In this document: positions 1-9,120 of the stretch, piece by piece
Position numbering within the stretch: the first letter of the stretch is position 1
Layout of the letters: each line of letters opens with the position of its first letter
Assembly (NCBI GenBank): GCA_964551965.1
Contig: CAZKFB010000003.1
Coordinates: 1 to 59,130, forward strand
Source of the DNA: an uncultured Muribaculaceae bacterium
GTDB taxonomy: Bacteria > Bacillota_I > Bacilli_A > RF39 > UBA660
Reading direction: 5' to 3'
Length of the DNA stretch: 59,130 nt
Translations under genes and position numbers: made by a program
Notes under the pieces: model-generated
Seen by the model: the letters and a program-made list of their open reading frames with translations, nothing else
What the model was told of the DNA's origin: nothing
Database searches by the model: none

Positions 1-1
1 T

Positions 2-955
2 ATTTCTAAGATTGAAGCAGATAAGATGGAAATAGTTGAAACTAATTATAATCCATCGGAGATACTAGAGAATGTAGCTAAACTTGTTAAACCAAGAATT
101 GGAGAAAAACCTATTGAAATGGTTACATTATTTGCTCCGGACTTACCTTATATGTTATATGGAGATAGTGGAAAACTAAGACAAATTGTTACAAACATTT
201 TAACTAATGCTGTTAAATATACGGAGAAGGGTAGAATTGCTTTCTATGTTAATTGTATTAATGAAGGCGAATACTCTAAATTAGTTATATCAGTAGAAGA
301 TACTGGTCGTGGTATTAAACCTGAACAAATCGATAAATTATTTACTAAATTCCAAAGACTTGATGAAGATAAAAATACAACTTTAGAGGGAACGGGACTA
401 GGGTTAGCCATTACTAAAAGATTTGTTGAAATGATGGGTGGAAAGATAATTGTTCAAAGTAAATATGGAGAAGGATCTAAATTCACAGTATACTTAAGTC
501 AAAAAATAGTTGCTCGTGAACAAACGGAAGAATCTGTTGTTAAAGAAATACTGAATAAATCTAAAATACCGGAGAAGATAGACTTCAAATCTAAAAAAGT
601 TCTAATTGTCGATGATAATAAAATTAATTTACGTGTTGCATCTAAGTTACTATCTAACTTTGATATAACAGCAGATACCGTAGAAAGTGGCTTTGAATGT
701 ATTGATAAAATCAATGAAGGTATTAAATATGATTTAATCTTACTTGATGATATGATGCCAAGAATGAGTGGAGTAGAAACATTACAAAAACTAAAAGAAA
801 TATCAGGATTTAATATACCGGTAGTTGCTTTAACAGCTAATGCTATTTCAGGTATGAGAGAGCAATACTTAGAATCAGGATTTAATGATTATTTAGCTAA
901 GCCTATTGAAAGAGAAGAACTATCGAGAGTATTAAGAGAATATTTAAGCAAATAA
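2..955 (+). CDS. Hybrid sensor histidine kinase/response regulator, 5' truncated by window edge (end of HisKA + HATPase_c + REC)
   Basis: Frame open from base 2 (ISKIEADKME, end of HisKA); N box (QIVTNILTNAVKYT), DTGRG, GTGLGL; receiver with VLIVDDN, LLDDMMP, ALTA, AKP. Confidence 0.92.
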   Translation: MSKIEADKMEIVETNYNPSEILENVAKLVKPRIGEKPIEMVTLFAPDLPYMLYGDSGKLRQIVTNILTNAVKYTEKGRIAFYVNCINEGEYSKLVISVEDTGRGIKPEQIDKLFTKFQRLDEDKNTTLEGTGLGLAITKRFVEMMGGKIIVQSKYGEGSKFTVYLSQKIVAREQTEESVVKEILNKSKIPEKIDFKSKKVLIVDDNKINLRVASKLLSNFDITADTVESGFECIDKINEGIKYDLILLDDMMPRMSGVETLQKLKEISGFNIPVVALTANAISGMREQYLESGFNDYLAKPIEREELSRVLREYLSK

Positions 956-986
956 AAAGACTAGCTATTATAACTAGTCTTTTTAA
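956..986. terminator. Bidirectional intrinsic terminator
   Basis: aaaagactag/ctagtctttt inverted repeat with A and T tracts between convergent genes. Confidence 0.7.
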
Positions 987-1429
987 TTATTATTTAGAAA
1001 ATCATCAATTGCATTTGCATCAATAGTATCTTGTTTTGTAGTTTCCTCTTTAATTAATCTAACTTCATTAGTTTCTTCGATATTATTATCTTTCATATCA
1101 ATTGCAATTTCTTTTTCTCCTAGGACTTGAACACGATAGTTACCTTTTCCCGAAACAATTATATGAATAGTTTTAGTTTTTACTAAATCACTTAATTGTT
1201 TAACAGTATCAATAATGAAATTTAAATCTGCTTTATTAGCATTATAGATTTCTTCATTATAATCTTCTAATTCAGCAGTTTGTTTAATAAGCATTATTTG
1301 CTCAATCATGTCATCAATCATCGTTTTAGCATTCATATAGAAACCACGATCATTAACGAATATATTCTTTTCAAATTCAGTAACATTAGCTTCAGCTTCT
1401 GTTATTAGTGTTTTTACTTCTTCCCTCAT
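983..1429 (-). CDS. Hypothetical protein (148 aa, acidic, helical)
   Basis: ORF with GGAAAG upstream; no motif recognised. Confidence 0.75.
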   Translation of the reverse strand: MREEVKTLITEAEANVTEFEKNIFVNDRGFYMNAKTMIDDMIEQIMLIKQTAELEDYNEEIYNANKADLNFIIDTVKQLSDLVKTKTIHIIVSGKGNYRVQVLGEKEIAIDMKDNNIEETNEVRLIKEETTKQDTIDANAIDDFLNNN

Positions 1430-1582
1430 TATTCTTTCCTCCTATTATATATAAATTATAGCATATTTTATAATCTTGTAAATAAGTAATTTACTTTTTA
1501 TATTTATATGGGATGTAAAGTGCTTTATAAAAATAATTAACAAACTATTCAAATATGTTAGAATTATAATAGGAGTGATTAT

Positions 1583-1702
1583 ATGGACAATGTATTAGAT
1601 GAACTAGAATTACTTGAAGAAATAGATGACATTTTATTATCATTGGATGAAAACAATGATGATGATTCACAAGAGAGTGAGGAAGATAACGATGGACAGT
1701 AG
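1583..1702 (+). CDS. 39-aa very acidic small protein (MDNVLDELELLEEIDDILLSLDENNDDDSQESEEDNDGQ), not in ORF track
   Basis: TATAAT at 1565, AGGAG RBS at 1571, ATG 1583, TAG 1700-1702 overlapping the next start. Confidence 0.6.
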   Translation: MDNVLDELELLEEIDDILLSLDENNDDDSQESEEDNDGQ

Positions 1703-3167
1703 TTCAAGACTTTCAGCATATAGAAAATTAATACAAGAGATAAAGAGTGTAGTTAAAGAAAAGAACTTAAGTAGAAGCGATAATTCTTTAATTAAGGGTT
1801 TATTGACTGTATTACAATTTGATTGTGAATTTAAAATATTAAGTGAATGTTATTCTAATAGTGAAGAGTTTAATAAAGTTGTTCCTGATGTAGAAACTAT
1901 TTATGAAAATTATAAAAAAGAATTAGATGTATTAGAAGAAAAGAAAAGAAATAATCAATTTGCTGGTATGGATAGTTTCCGTTATCAAAGATTATCTAAA
2001 GCTACAAATAGATTAGATAATATCTTAAAAATGGTTAAGACTAGAGAATTTAACCATTATATGAATGCAATAGTTGCTTCTTTAAATGAAAGCGATCAAA
2101 TAATTGAAGTATGTGGAACTATATTGAGTGAAGGTGTTCAAGACTTTAGTAGATTATTTGGATGCAGTGCGGTTAAATCTAATGAAGATGGACATATGAC
2201 TGTCGATGGTGATTATGTCGATACTATTTATACTTTATTAAGTCATTCAGATACGATTAAACTAGCAGAACAATATTTGCGTTCTTATAGATTATTGCAT
2301 TTAGATGAATTAAAAGCCAATAGGGATGTTAATAATCGTTTCCGTTGGTATTTGAGTATTATTCAAGATAATTTAGAAGTATTTAGAGAATATATGAAAT
2401 TAATTCAATATTCAAGTAAGAAGAGTCATGAAAAATTATCTATTTGTGAAGCTAAAATAGGAACTTTAGAATTAGAAGCTCATGAGACAAGAAATATTTT
2501 AAGAAGAAATAGTATTCAACAAGAAATATTACGTTTAAAAGAAACAATTGATACTATAAATAATAATCTTGAAAGAGTATTAGAATTAGAGAGTAAAATA
2601 GAATCACTTGGTTGTGGAGGTTTAATTGAAGCTTTAGATACAACAATGAGAGACTCGGAAAATACTCCGGAAGCTAAAGTTGTTCAAATATTAAGACCAT
2701 TGTCGAAGAACTCATTCAATATGAATAACTTAATTGAAAGTGTAAGTGCAGGAATAAGAAAAGAAGATGAAGAAATTGAAAAACGTCAAACTTCTCTTGA
2801 TAGCAAATTGAACGATATTCATAATCCTGTATTAAAAAGTGCTCTAAAGAATAATCCGGAAGATGTTCAAGTTCTATTAAGAATGAGAAATCCTAGTTAT
2901 GGAGCTACTGATGAACAAAAGAGTATAGGGGTATCTCCATACTTAGCTGCCTTATGTTTAAAAGCTATAAAAGATTCTAAGAATTTAACTAGTGAAGAAA
3001 TTGAACAAGCTAGTGAATCATATAATAAAGCAGGCGTATTTGCTAAGATTCAAGCAGATAATGGAATAGTTGCTAATTGTTTATCTTCAATTAATAATTT
3101 AGTAAGTGAAGTAGTTAGTCGTGTTCCTTATGATCCAAACGATTATGAGAAGATAGCATTATTATAA
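1692..3167 (+). CDS. Hypothetical coiled-coil-rich protein (~491 aa)
   Basis: Track ORF 1626..3167; ATG 1692 has GAGGA upstream whereas 1626 lies inside the small acidic ORF; heptad-like E/K/L-rich segments. Confidence 0.75.
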   Translation: MDSSSRLSAYRKLIQEIKSVVKEKNLSRSDNSLIKGLLTVLQFDCEFKILSECYSNSEEFNKVVPDVETIYENYKKELDVLEEKKRNNQFAGMDSFRYQRLSKATNRLDNILKMVKTREFNHYMNAIVASLNESDQIIEVCGTILSEGVQDFSRLFGCSAVKSNEDGHMTVDGDYVDTIYTLLSHSDTIKLAEQYLRSYRLLHLDELKANRDVNNRFRWYLSIIQDNLEVFREYMKLIQYSSKKSHEKLSICEAKIGTLELEAHETRNILRRNSIQQEILRLKETIDTINNNLERVLELESKIESLGCGGLIEALDTTMRDSENTPEAKVVQILRPLSKNSFNMNNLIESVSAGIRKEDEEIEKRQTSLDSKLNDIHNPVLKSALKNNPEDVQVLLRMRNPSYGATDEQKSIGVSPYLAALCLKAIKDSKNLTSEEIEQASESYNKAGVFAKIQADNGIVANCLSSINNLVSEVVSRVPYDPNDYEKIALL

Positions 3168-3268
3168 AAAGATATTTTAATATCTTTTTTTCTTACTTAT
3201 TTTTATAAAAGATGTTATAATATAGATGTATTTGTAATATTTTACATAAAAGGTGAGAGGGTGTAATA

Positions 3269-3493
3269 ATGGCAAAAAAGAATGTTCATGCAGAGAAAGA
3301 TATTAGTGTTTTAGAGTTAGACCCTAAAGTTAATAAAATATTAAAAGAAAACAATATTAATACAGTTGGAGATTTATGGGTTTTAAATAAGAAAAAGCTT
3401 AAAGAAATAGGTATTGCAGATTCTGATATTAAGTTTATATCAATAAAACTTCAATTATTGGGATTAGACTTGAACAAAAAGATATATAATTAA
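3269..3493 (+). CDS. Stand-alone RNA polymerase alpha C-terminal-domain-like protein (74 aa)
   Basis: ISVLELDPKVNKILKENNINTVGDL matches the alphaCTD pattern I-x-x-L-x-L-x-x-R-x-x-N-x-L-x-x-x-x-I-x-T-x-x-D-L; ends LGLDL. Confidence 0.7.
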   Translation: MAKKNVHAEKDISVLELDPKVNKILKENNINTVGDLWVLNKKKLKEIGIADSDIKFISIKLQLLGLDLNKKIYN

Positions 3494-3585
3494 AGACAAG
3501 TAAGTGTCTTTTTTTATTATTTTAATAATTTAACTCGATTTTTATGTTATAATCATGATAGTAGGTAGGTATAGGAGGTATACGT

Positions 3586-5775
3586 ATGCGTATTAATGAA
3601 ATTAGAAAAAGTATTATTCAATCATCATCAGCAGAATATATTGATGAAATAACGGAGTATTTATGTAATTGTAACTTTGCTAATAAAGGTATAAAGGAAG
3701 TTGAGGATTTATTTGCTTACTCTTATAATAATAAATCTAAAAGAGATGAAGAAGACTTCAAATATTTCTATGATAAAGTTGCATATATAGATTTTTGTAA
3801 GTTCAATAATATGGGCCACAATGCATTAGCTGCTAAAAAATATTTAGCTGCAGCATTTAATCCTAAAACGCGTGAATTTTCCTATAACTCTAATAAGTTT
3901 TATAAAGAAGGTAATACTAATTTAGATACTATTTTAGTATTAAATGTAAAGGGTAAAGAGATATATAAAGTTTTAACTTCTATATATACTTGTTTAAGAG
4001 ATAATGGAATTGACAATTGTATTACTATACCATCTTTTAATCGTTTTGAGGAGGGATTAACAGATAGTATTCGTATTAGTATTAATGCTGCTGATATGGA
4101 AAGAGTTGTTAATCTAATTAATGATTTACCTCTACCTATAATAAATTTAATTGACAAACCAAATATACTATATCCTAGAGTTAATGATTATATTGGTTAT
4201 GATAGACACTTTTCTCAAATAGATGGTGTTGATGCTAGAGTTTCTCGTATTTTATGTGGTGAAATTTCTTATGCTTTATTCTCTACAACAATAGATTATA
4301 TCAATAATGATGGAAATGAAAAAATCGAGAATGGAGAAGAAACTATTCTTGAATATAGAAAGAAATGCTTAGCAGAAGATAAGCCTTTAGTTGAATGTGA
4401 TTTAAGAATATTACAACGTATGATTTCTATAGATCCATCTAATAAGGATTTATTTAAGAAAAATCTTAGAGATGCTCTTTTAGGAACTACAAAGACTAAA
4501 TCTGCTTACATTAATAAAGAAACAAATGAACTATTTGATGATATTTATGGACGTCTTGATGATGAATCTATTTTATATAATGAGAGTATAGAATTTAATG
4601 TTGAAGCTCCAGTTGTTGAAGTAGAAGATTTAGTTAAAGCTGCTGCTGAAATGGAAGAAGAATTTAATAAAGGTACTGATATAGTAGCTGCGGCTGATAA
4701 TGATCTTTTGGTTACTGAAGAACAACCTAAAGACTTATTAGTTACTGAAGAACAACCTAAGGATTTATTGGTTACTGAAGAACAATCTAAAGATCTATTA
4801 GTTCAAGAAGAACAATCAAAGGAATTAATGGTTGCTGAAGAACAACAAGATTTATTAGTACAAGAGCCAAAAGAAGAAGTAAAAAAAGAAGAAAGCCTAT
4901 ATGAAGCATTTATGAGTAGAAGTGGATCAAGTGAAGAATACTTAAATTCTTTACTTGCTAATGCAATGGGTGGAGTAAAAGCTCCTGAAGAACAAGGAAC
5001 TGTAGCTAAAGAAGAAACTGTTCAAGAAGAGATGGGTACTGAAGGTTCATCTGAAGAAATACAAGCTTCAAGTGCTGTTGAAGAATCAGAAGTTGCAAAA
5101 GAAGATGTTCATTTCTATGAAGAAGCAGCAAGTGTCGGAACTAATTTCGTTGTAGAATCTACTTCAGCTGAAGAGATTGCTAAAGATAAAACTCAAGAAG
5201 AACAAGGTAGTGAGCTAGTAAGACCCGAAGATATGTCTGAAGAACAAAAGAAGTTAGTAAGGGATACTTTTGCTGAGATACCTCAAGAAGATTCAAGATT
5301 CTTAAATTACTTAGATGATGTTTTAAGTAAATTACCTGATACAGGATTAAATATTGAATCTATAAGTGAACAAGCTGAAGAAACACTAGATCCAATGGAG
5401 GTTCAAAGTTTATCATCTAATGCTTTAGATCAACAAATGACATATGAAAGAGCTTTAAAATATAAAGATTTAGTAAGATCAATTAATGTCTTAAATACTA
5501 AAGTTAGAGGGACAGACTTTACTTTATTAGATTATTTTGATCAACAACAACTATTAACAAGAATAAAACCAAACGGTAGATATATGACATTTACTGATGA
5601 AGTTTATAGTGGGCTAGAAGTTGTTGAAGAATGTGTAATTAAATATGTTGCTAATTATGGAAATGTACCATTAGATAAAATAATGGAAGAATATGGCATT
5701 CAAGAATTACAACAACAAGAAAAACAAGATAAGCCTAAAGGATTAAAAGGATTATTTAAGAGAAAAAGATCATAA
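3586..5775 (+). CDS. Large hypothetical protein (729 aa): globular N-domain, long acidic low-complexity linker with 10-aa repeats, basic C-tail
   Basis: AGGAGG RBS, extended -10 at 3545-3553; E/Q/S-rich centre; ends KPKGLKGLFKRKRS. Confidence 0.8.
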   Translation: MRINEIRKSIIQSSSAEYIDEITEYLCNCNFANKGIKEVEDLFAYSYNNKSKRDEEDFKYFYDKVAYIDFCKFNNMGHNALAAKKYLAAAFNPKTREFSYNSNKFYKEGNTNLDTILVLNVKGKEIYKVLTSIYTCLRDNGIDNCITIPSFNRFEEGLTDSIRISINAADMERVVNLINDLPLPIINLIDKPNILYPRVNDYIGYDRHFSQIDGVDARVSRILCGEISYALFSTTIDYINNDGNEKIENGEETILEYRKKCLAEDKPLVECDLRILQRMISIDPSNKDLFKKNLRDALLGTTKTKSAYINKETNELFDDIYGRLDDESILYNESIEFNVEAPVVEVEDLVKAAAEMEEEFNKGTDIVAAADNDLLVTEEQPKDLLVTEEQPKDLLVTEEQSKDLLVQEEQSKELMVAEEQQDLLVQEPKEEVKKEESLYEAFMSRSGSSEEYLNSLLANAMGGVKAPEEQGTVAKEETVQEEMGTEGSSEEIQASSAVEESEVAKEDVHFYEEAASVGTNFVVESTSAEEIAKDKTQEEQGSELVRPEDMSEEQKKLVRDTFAEIPQEDSRFLNYLDDVLSKLPDTGLNIESISEQAEETLDPMEVQSLSSNALDQQMTYERALKYKDLVRSINVLNTKVRGTDFTLLDYFDQQQLLTRIKPNGRYMTFTDEVYSGLEVVEECVIKYVANYGNVPLDKIMEEYGIQELQQQEKQDKPKGLKGLFKRKRS
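4702..4870 (+). repeat. Intragenic 30-bp tandem repeat (~5.5 copies) encoding DLLVTEEQPK-like units
   Basis: gttactgaagaacaa recurs at 4711, 4741, 4771, with degenerate copies at 4801 and 4831. Confidence 0.9.
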
Positions 5776-5837
5776 GATCTTTTTTTTATTGAATTGTAAC
5801 TTTTTTTTTGGTATAGTAATTCACTAAGAGGTGTATT

Positions 5838-6314
5838 ATGATGGATTTTACTACTAGAGATGTTTACCATATTATAAATGTTGCTTTAATGGAAAAAGAT
5901 TATCATTCATTAAGTATAGACAAGAAGAGAAGCGCTGTAACTGAATGCTTTAATAATTATTTTGCTTATAAGATATCTCAATTGCATGCTAATTTACTTG
6001 AAAGTGAAGAGTGTAATACCCCAATAGATTATCTTAGAGTATTAGAATCTATTGTTGAAGGAGATCATATGGATAGTCTATCTCATCCTGTTCATTGTTT
6101 AATGAGTCTTATTTCGGGATTACAATCTTATGAAATAGTATGGGAAATAGATGATTCTTTAGATAAACCTTTAATAACTAGTGATAATATATTAAGACAA
6201 TTCGCTACTAGTAGAGATGTGAGTATAGTAGATGCGTTTGGTGTTCTATATGAATATTTTATGACTAGTCCAAACTTAATACCTGAAGATGAAAGACGTT
6301 TATTAAGACAATAA
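5838..6314 (+). CDS. Hypothetical protein (158 aa)
   Basis: GAGGTG RBS; no motif recognised. Confidence 0.75.
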   Translation: MMDFTTRDVYHIINVALMEKDYHSLSIDKKRSAVTECFNNYFAYKISQLHANLLESEECNTPIDYLRVLESIVEGDHMDSLSHPVHCLMSLISGLQSYEIVWEIDDSLDKPLITSDNILRQFATSRDVSIVDAFGVLYEYFMTSPNLIPEDERRLLRQ

Positions 6315-6344
6315 AAAATCTTAAGTTAATCTTAAGATTTTTTT
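6314..6344. terminator. Bidirectional intrinsic terminator
   Basis: aaaaatcttaag/cttaagattttt inverted repeat between convergent genes. Confidence 0.7.
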
Positions 6345-6795
6345 ATTTTATATGATATCCATTTTCATTTAAACCAAGATTTTTAAGTGTTCTTAATTTT
6401 TCTTCAATGGAATATGTTGTTATTTCTGGTATTATTCTTTTTATTTTTTCACTATTGGCAAAATTAATTATCATTTCAACAACAAAGTCTGACGATTGAA
6501 GATAGTCTTCATCTTTTTCATTAATAGTTCTTAATTTAGTTAGATAACCATTAATATAATTTGACCAATAATATGCATTTCCTTTAACATATACTACTCC
6601 ATATACATCTTGATTGTTTAATAGGAAATAGATTGAATTATTTACATCATATTCTTGATCTTCATCTTTAGAAGTCAATATATCAATATTTTCTTCAATA
6701 AATTTTAATGCATAATATTCTTCTATTCCGGAATTTATTAAATTTTCTAATAATCTTTTAAATTGTTTGTATTCATTTACTTCTTGTAACTCCAT
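6343..6795 (-). CDS. Hypothetical protein (150 aa) overlapping the 3' end of the HipA-like kinase; candidate antitoxin/partner
   Basis: ATG at 6795 preceded by GGAGG (track start 6819 less likely); 23-nt overlap with kinase. Confidence 0.7.
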   Translation of the reverse strand: MELQEVNEYKQFKRLLENLINSGIEEYYALKFIEENIDILTSKDEDQEYDVNNSIYFLLNNQDVYGVVYVKGNAYYWSNYINGYLTKLRTINEKDEDYLQSSDFVVEMIINFANSEKIKRIIPEITTYSIEEKLRTLKNLGLNENGYHIK

Positions 6796-7921
6796 CTTGC
6801 TTCCTCCTGTATGTTTCAATAATGCTTTGTAAGATTTCTAAATGATTATCAAATAATGTTAATATATAATTAAATGTAGTGCTATCCATTTCCATATAAT
6901 TTTCTGCTTCAGCTTGTCTTATTAATTTTTCAATTAAATTGGAAGATACGGAAGATATCATTTGAATAGCTATTTCGTTGTCTTCTTTATCGGAAACTCT
7001 TAAATAATGTTCAAGAACTTCAGGTATTTTTTTCTTGATTTTTTTCATTGGATCTATCGAGTCTTCCGTATCGACAACTAATGTTGGAAAAGCACGATAT
7101 AGGATGTCTTTTCGATTTTCTTCGGGATCTAATCCTCTAATTAGAGCATCTTTATAATATGTCATCATATTTCTATTAAATTCCATTATATGTTCTTCCA
7201 TATTTGGGTAGTTTAAACCAAAAGATGTGGAATTATCGAAAAGTGGGGAATATCTAACATTCTTGTTTGCTATAATACCCCAATTGTTAGGATGTCTATC
7301 ATATTGCATAGTTATTATATCAAATATAAGATTTTTTCTTAAACCTTCAATTATTCTTTCTTTATCTGTTCTTTCAATTTCATTAAAGTTAAATACGATT
7401 GATTGAATACAATCTAAGTTATTTAAATAATTAAACAGGTATCTTTTTCGATCATAGGCTTTAAGCTTTAAGAAATCGTCAGGAATATCATATAGATATC
7501 GGAATAACTTATTTTTTATCAATATCTCTTTCTTATTCTTATAGGGATATTGATTCATGAATTCTTGAAATAATTCGGCTCCTAGAACTAGTTTTTCTTT
7601 TCCTTTAATAATTGATTTAGTAACTACTCCTAATTGCCCATTAAAAGATGCTATTCGATATTCAGCGTGAGGTATACCTAAGTATTCTGCTAAATAAGAA
7701 GATAGGATTTCGCCCCATACATTTATCTTTGCATCTTTTAAAGGTTTAAATAAGTATCTCTCTCCCTCATAGTTAAACCACATTAGGGCGTCGACTCCAT
7801 TACCTTCAAGTTCAACAAAGTCTTTTTGCAGTAATTCTTTCATATCCCCATTGAATTCATAATTGTAGGCATCTTTTAATACATTTTCAATACTCAGTAA
7901 CTCTTTATATTCTTTAAACAT
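6773..7921 (-). CDS. HipA/CtkA-like protein kinase (HipA C-terminal domain family)
   Basis: YLFK, WGEILSSYLAEYLGIPHAEY, DRHPNNWG and SPLFDNS motifs. Confidence 0.85.
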   Translation of the reverse strand: MFKEYKELLSIENVLKDAYNYEFNGDMKELLQKDFVELEGNGVDALMWFNYEGERYLFKPLKDAKINVWGEILSSYLAEYLGIPHAEYRIASFNGQLGVVTKSIIKGKEKLVLGAELFQEFMNQYPYKNKKEILIKNKLFRYLYDIPDDFLKLKAYDRKRYLFNYLNNLDCIQSIVFNFNEIERTDKERIIEGLRKNLIFDIITMQYDRHPNNWGIIANKNVRYSPLFDNSTSFGLNYPNMEEHIMEFNRNMMTYYKDALIRGLDPEENRKDILYRAFPTLVVDTEDSIDPMKKIKKKIPEVLEHYLRVSDKEDNEIAIQMISSVSSNLIEKLIRQAEAENYMEMDSTTFNYILTLFDNHLEILQSIIETYRRKQDGVTRSK

Positions 7922-7981
7922 ATTAACACCCTAAATAAATTATAATATAAATTAGAAAATAAAAAAAGATACATTAGTATC

Positions 7982-8341
7982 TTAAACTACTTGTTTTAGT
8001 TCTTTTTCTTGAGCTATATACTTATCATATAAGTCTTTATATTCAATTGGACTAAATAGAGAAGCGTTTTGTAAAATAATAAAACATTTGATTTCTCTTT
8101 CTGAATAATTAACTTCTTCAGTATTAATACTTCTTCTATTAATTATTGGCTCTTCTTTACTTTTATAGTTTTGAGCATTAATTGATCTAAAAGCATTTAA
8201 TCTATTTATGCAATTGGTAAAATATGCAATTTGATTTTCATCGAGACTAGTATCTAGAAAGTTTAATACATATTTTTTTCTTGAGTTTATATTCTGTGTA
8301 TTCTTCTTTGTATCAATTACACTTCTTGGTATTAATGTCAT
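7982..8341 (-). CDS. Hypothetical protein (119 aa)
   Basis: AAGGGAG RBS; no motif. Confidence 0.7.
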   Translation of the reverse strand: MTLIPRSVIDTKKNTQNINSRKKYVLNFLDTSLDENQIAYFTNCINRLNAFRSINAQNYKSKEEPIINRRSINTEEVNYSEREIKCFIILQNASLFSPIEYKDLYDKYIAQEKELKQVV

Positions 8342-8440
8342 ATATTTTCTCCCTTCGTTTTGAATAGACTAGATTTTAAACCATATTATAAATATATGCA
8401 AATGAGATAATAGTATGATAGAATATTAATTGGTGATTAT

Positions 8441-9064
8441 ATGCGTACAGAAATTAAAGATTTTAAAAGGGAAGAATTGTTTCATCATTATAATAGTAGA
8501 GCTAATGCTTTTTCTTTTGTAACTACTAATATTGATATTACGAATCTATATAAATTAGGTAAATTAAAAGATACTCAATATGGTGTAATATCTTATTATA
8601 TTAGTAAGGTAGTAAATACTTTAGATACTTTTAAAATGCGCTATGAAGATGGAAAATTTATTTATTATGATGTAATTCATCCAAATTTTACCGAAAAGTT
8701 AGATGATGATTTAATTGGCTTCTTTGATATTGATTATGTTGAAGATTTAGATCTATTCATCAAGAACTATAAAGATAGATTAAATAAGTTTAAAACTACT
8801 AGGGAAAGTTCTTGTGTTCATGAACAAGATGCTTTTTGGCAATCTTGTCAGCCTTGGTATTCTTTTACTTCTTGCGTTCCCCCATTTGATAATAGTATAA
8901 CTATTCCTCAATTTATATGGGATAAATTTAGATTTGAGGGTGATCGTGTATTCATGAATTTAATGGTTATGACTCATCATGGCTTTGTCGATGGTTATCA
9001 AATCGGCCTATTCATAAATAGATTTCAAGAAGAGATAAATAATATTAAAATTAATGAAGAATAA
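8441..9064 (+). CDS. CatA-like O-acetyltransferase (chloramphenicol acetyltransferase family)
   Basis: 207 aa; catalytic HHGFVDG motif, QPWYSFTS and IPQFIWDK segments typical of type A CAT. Confidence 0.85.
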   Translation: MRTEIKDFKREELFHHYNSRANAFSFVTTNIDITNLYKLGKLKDTQYGVISYYISKVVNTLDTFKMRYEDGKFIYYDVIHPNFTEKLDDDLIGFFDIDYVEDLDLFIKNYKDRLNKFKTTRESSCVHEQDAFWQSCQPWYSFTSCVPPFDNSITIPQFIWDKFRFEGDRVFMNLMVMTHHGFVDGYQIGLFINRFQEEINNIKINEE

Positions 9065-9120
9065 TATATTTATTCTTCTTTTTTTTATGTTATAATGATT
9101 ATTGTAGGAGAGTTTGAAGT

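Noticed and set aside
4702-4870. CRISPR array
   Set aside because: Repeats are contiguous with no spacers and are in-frame coding sequence.
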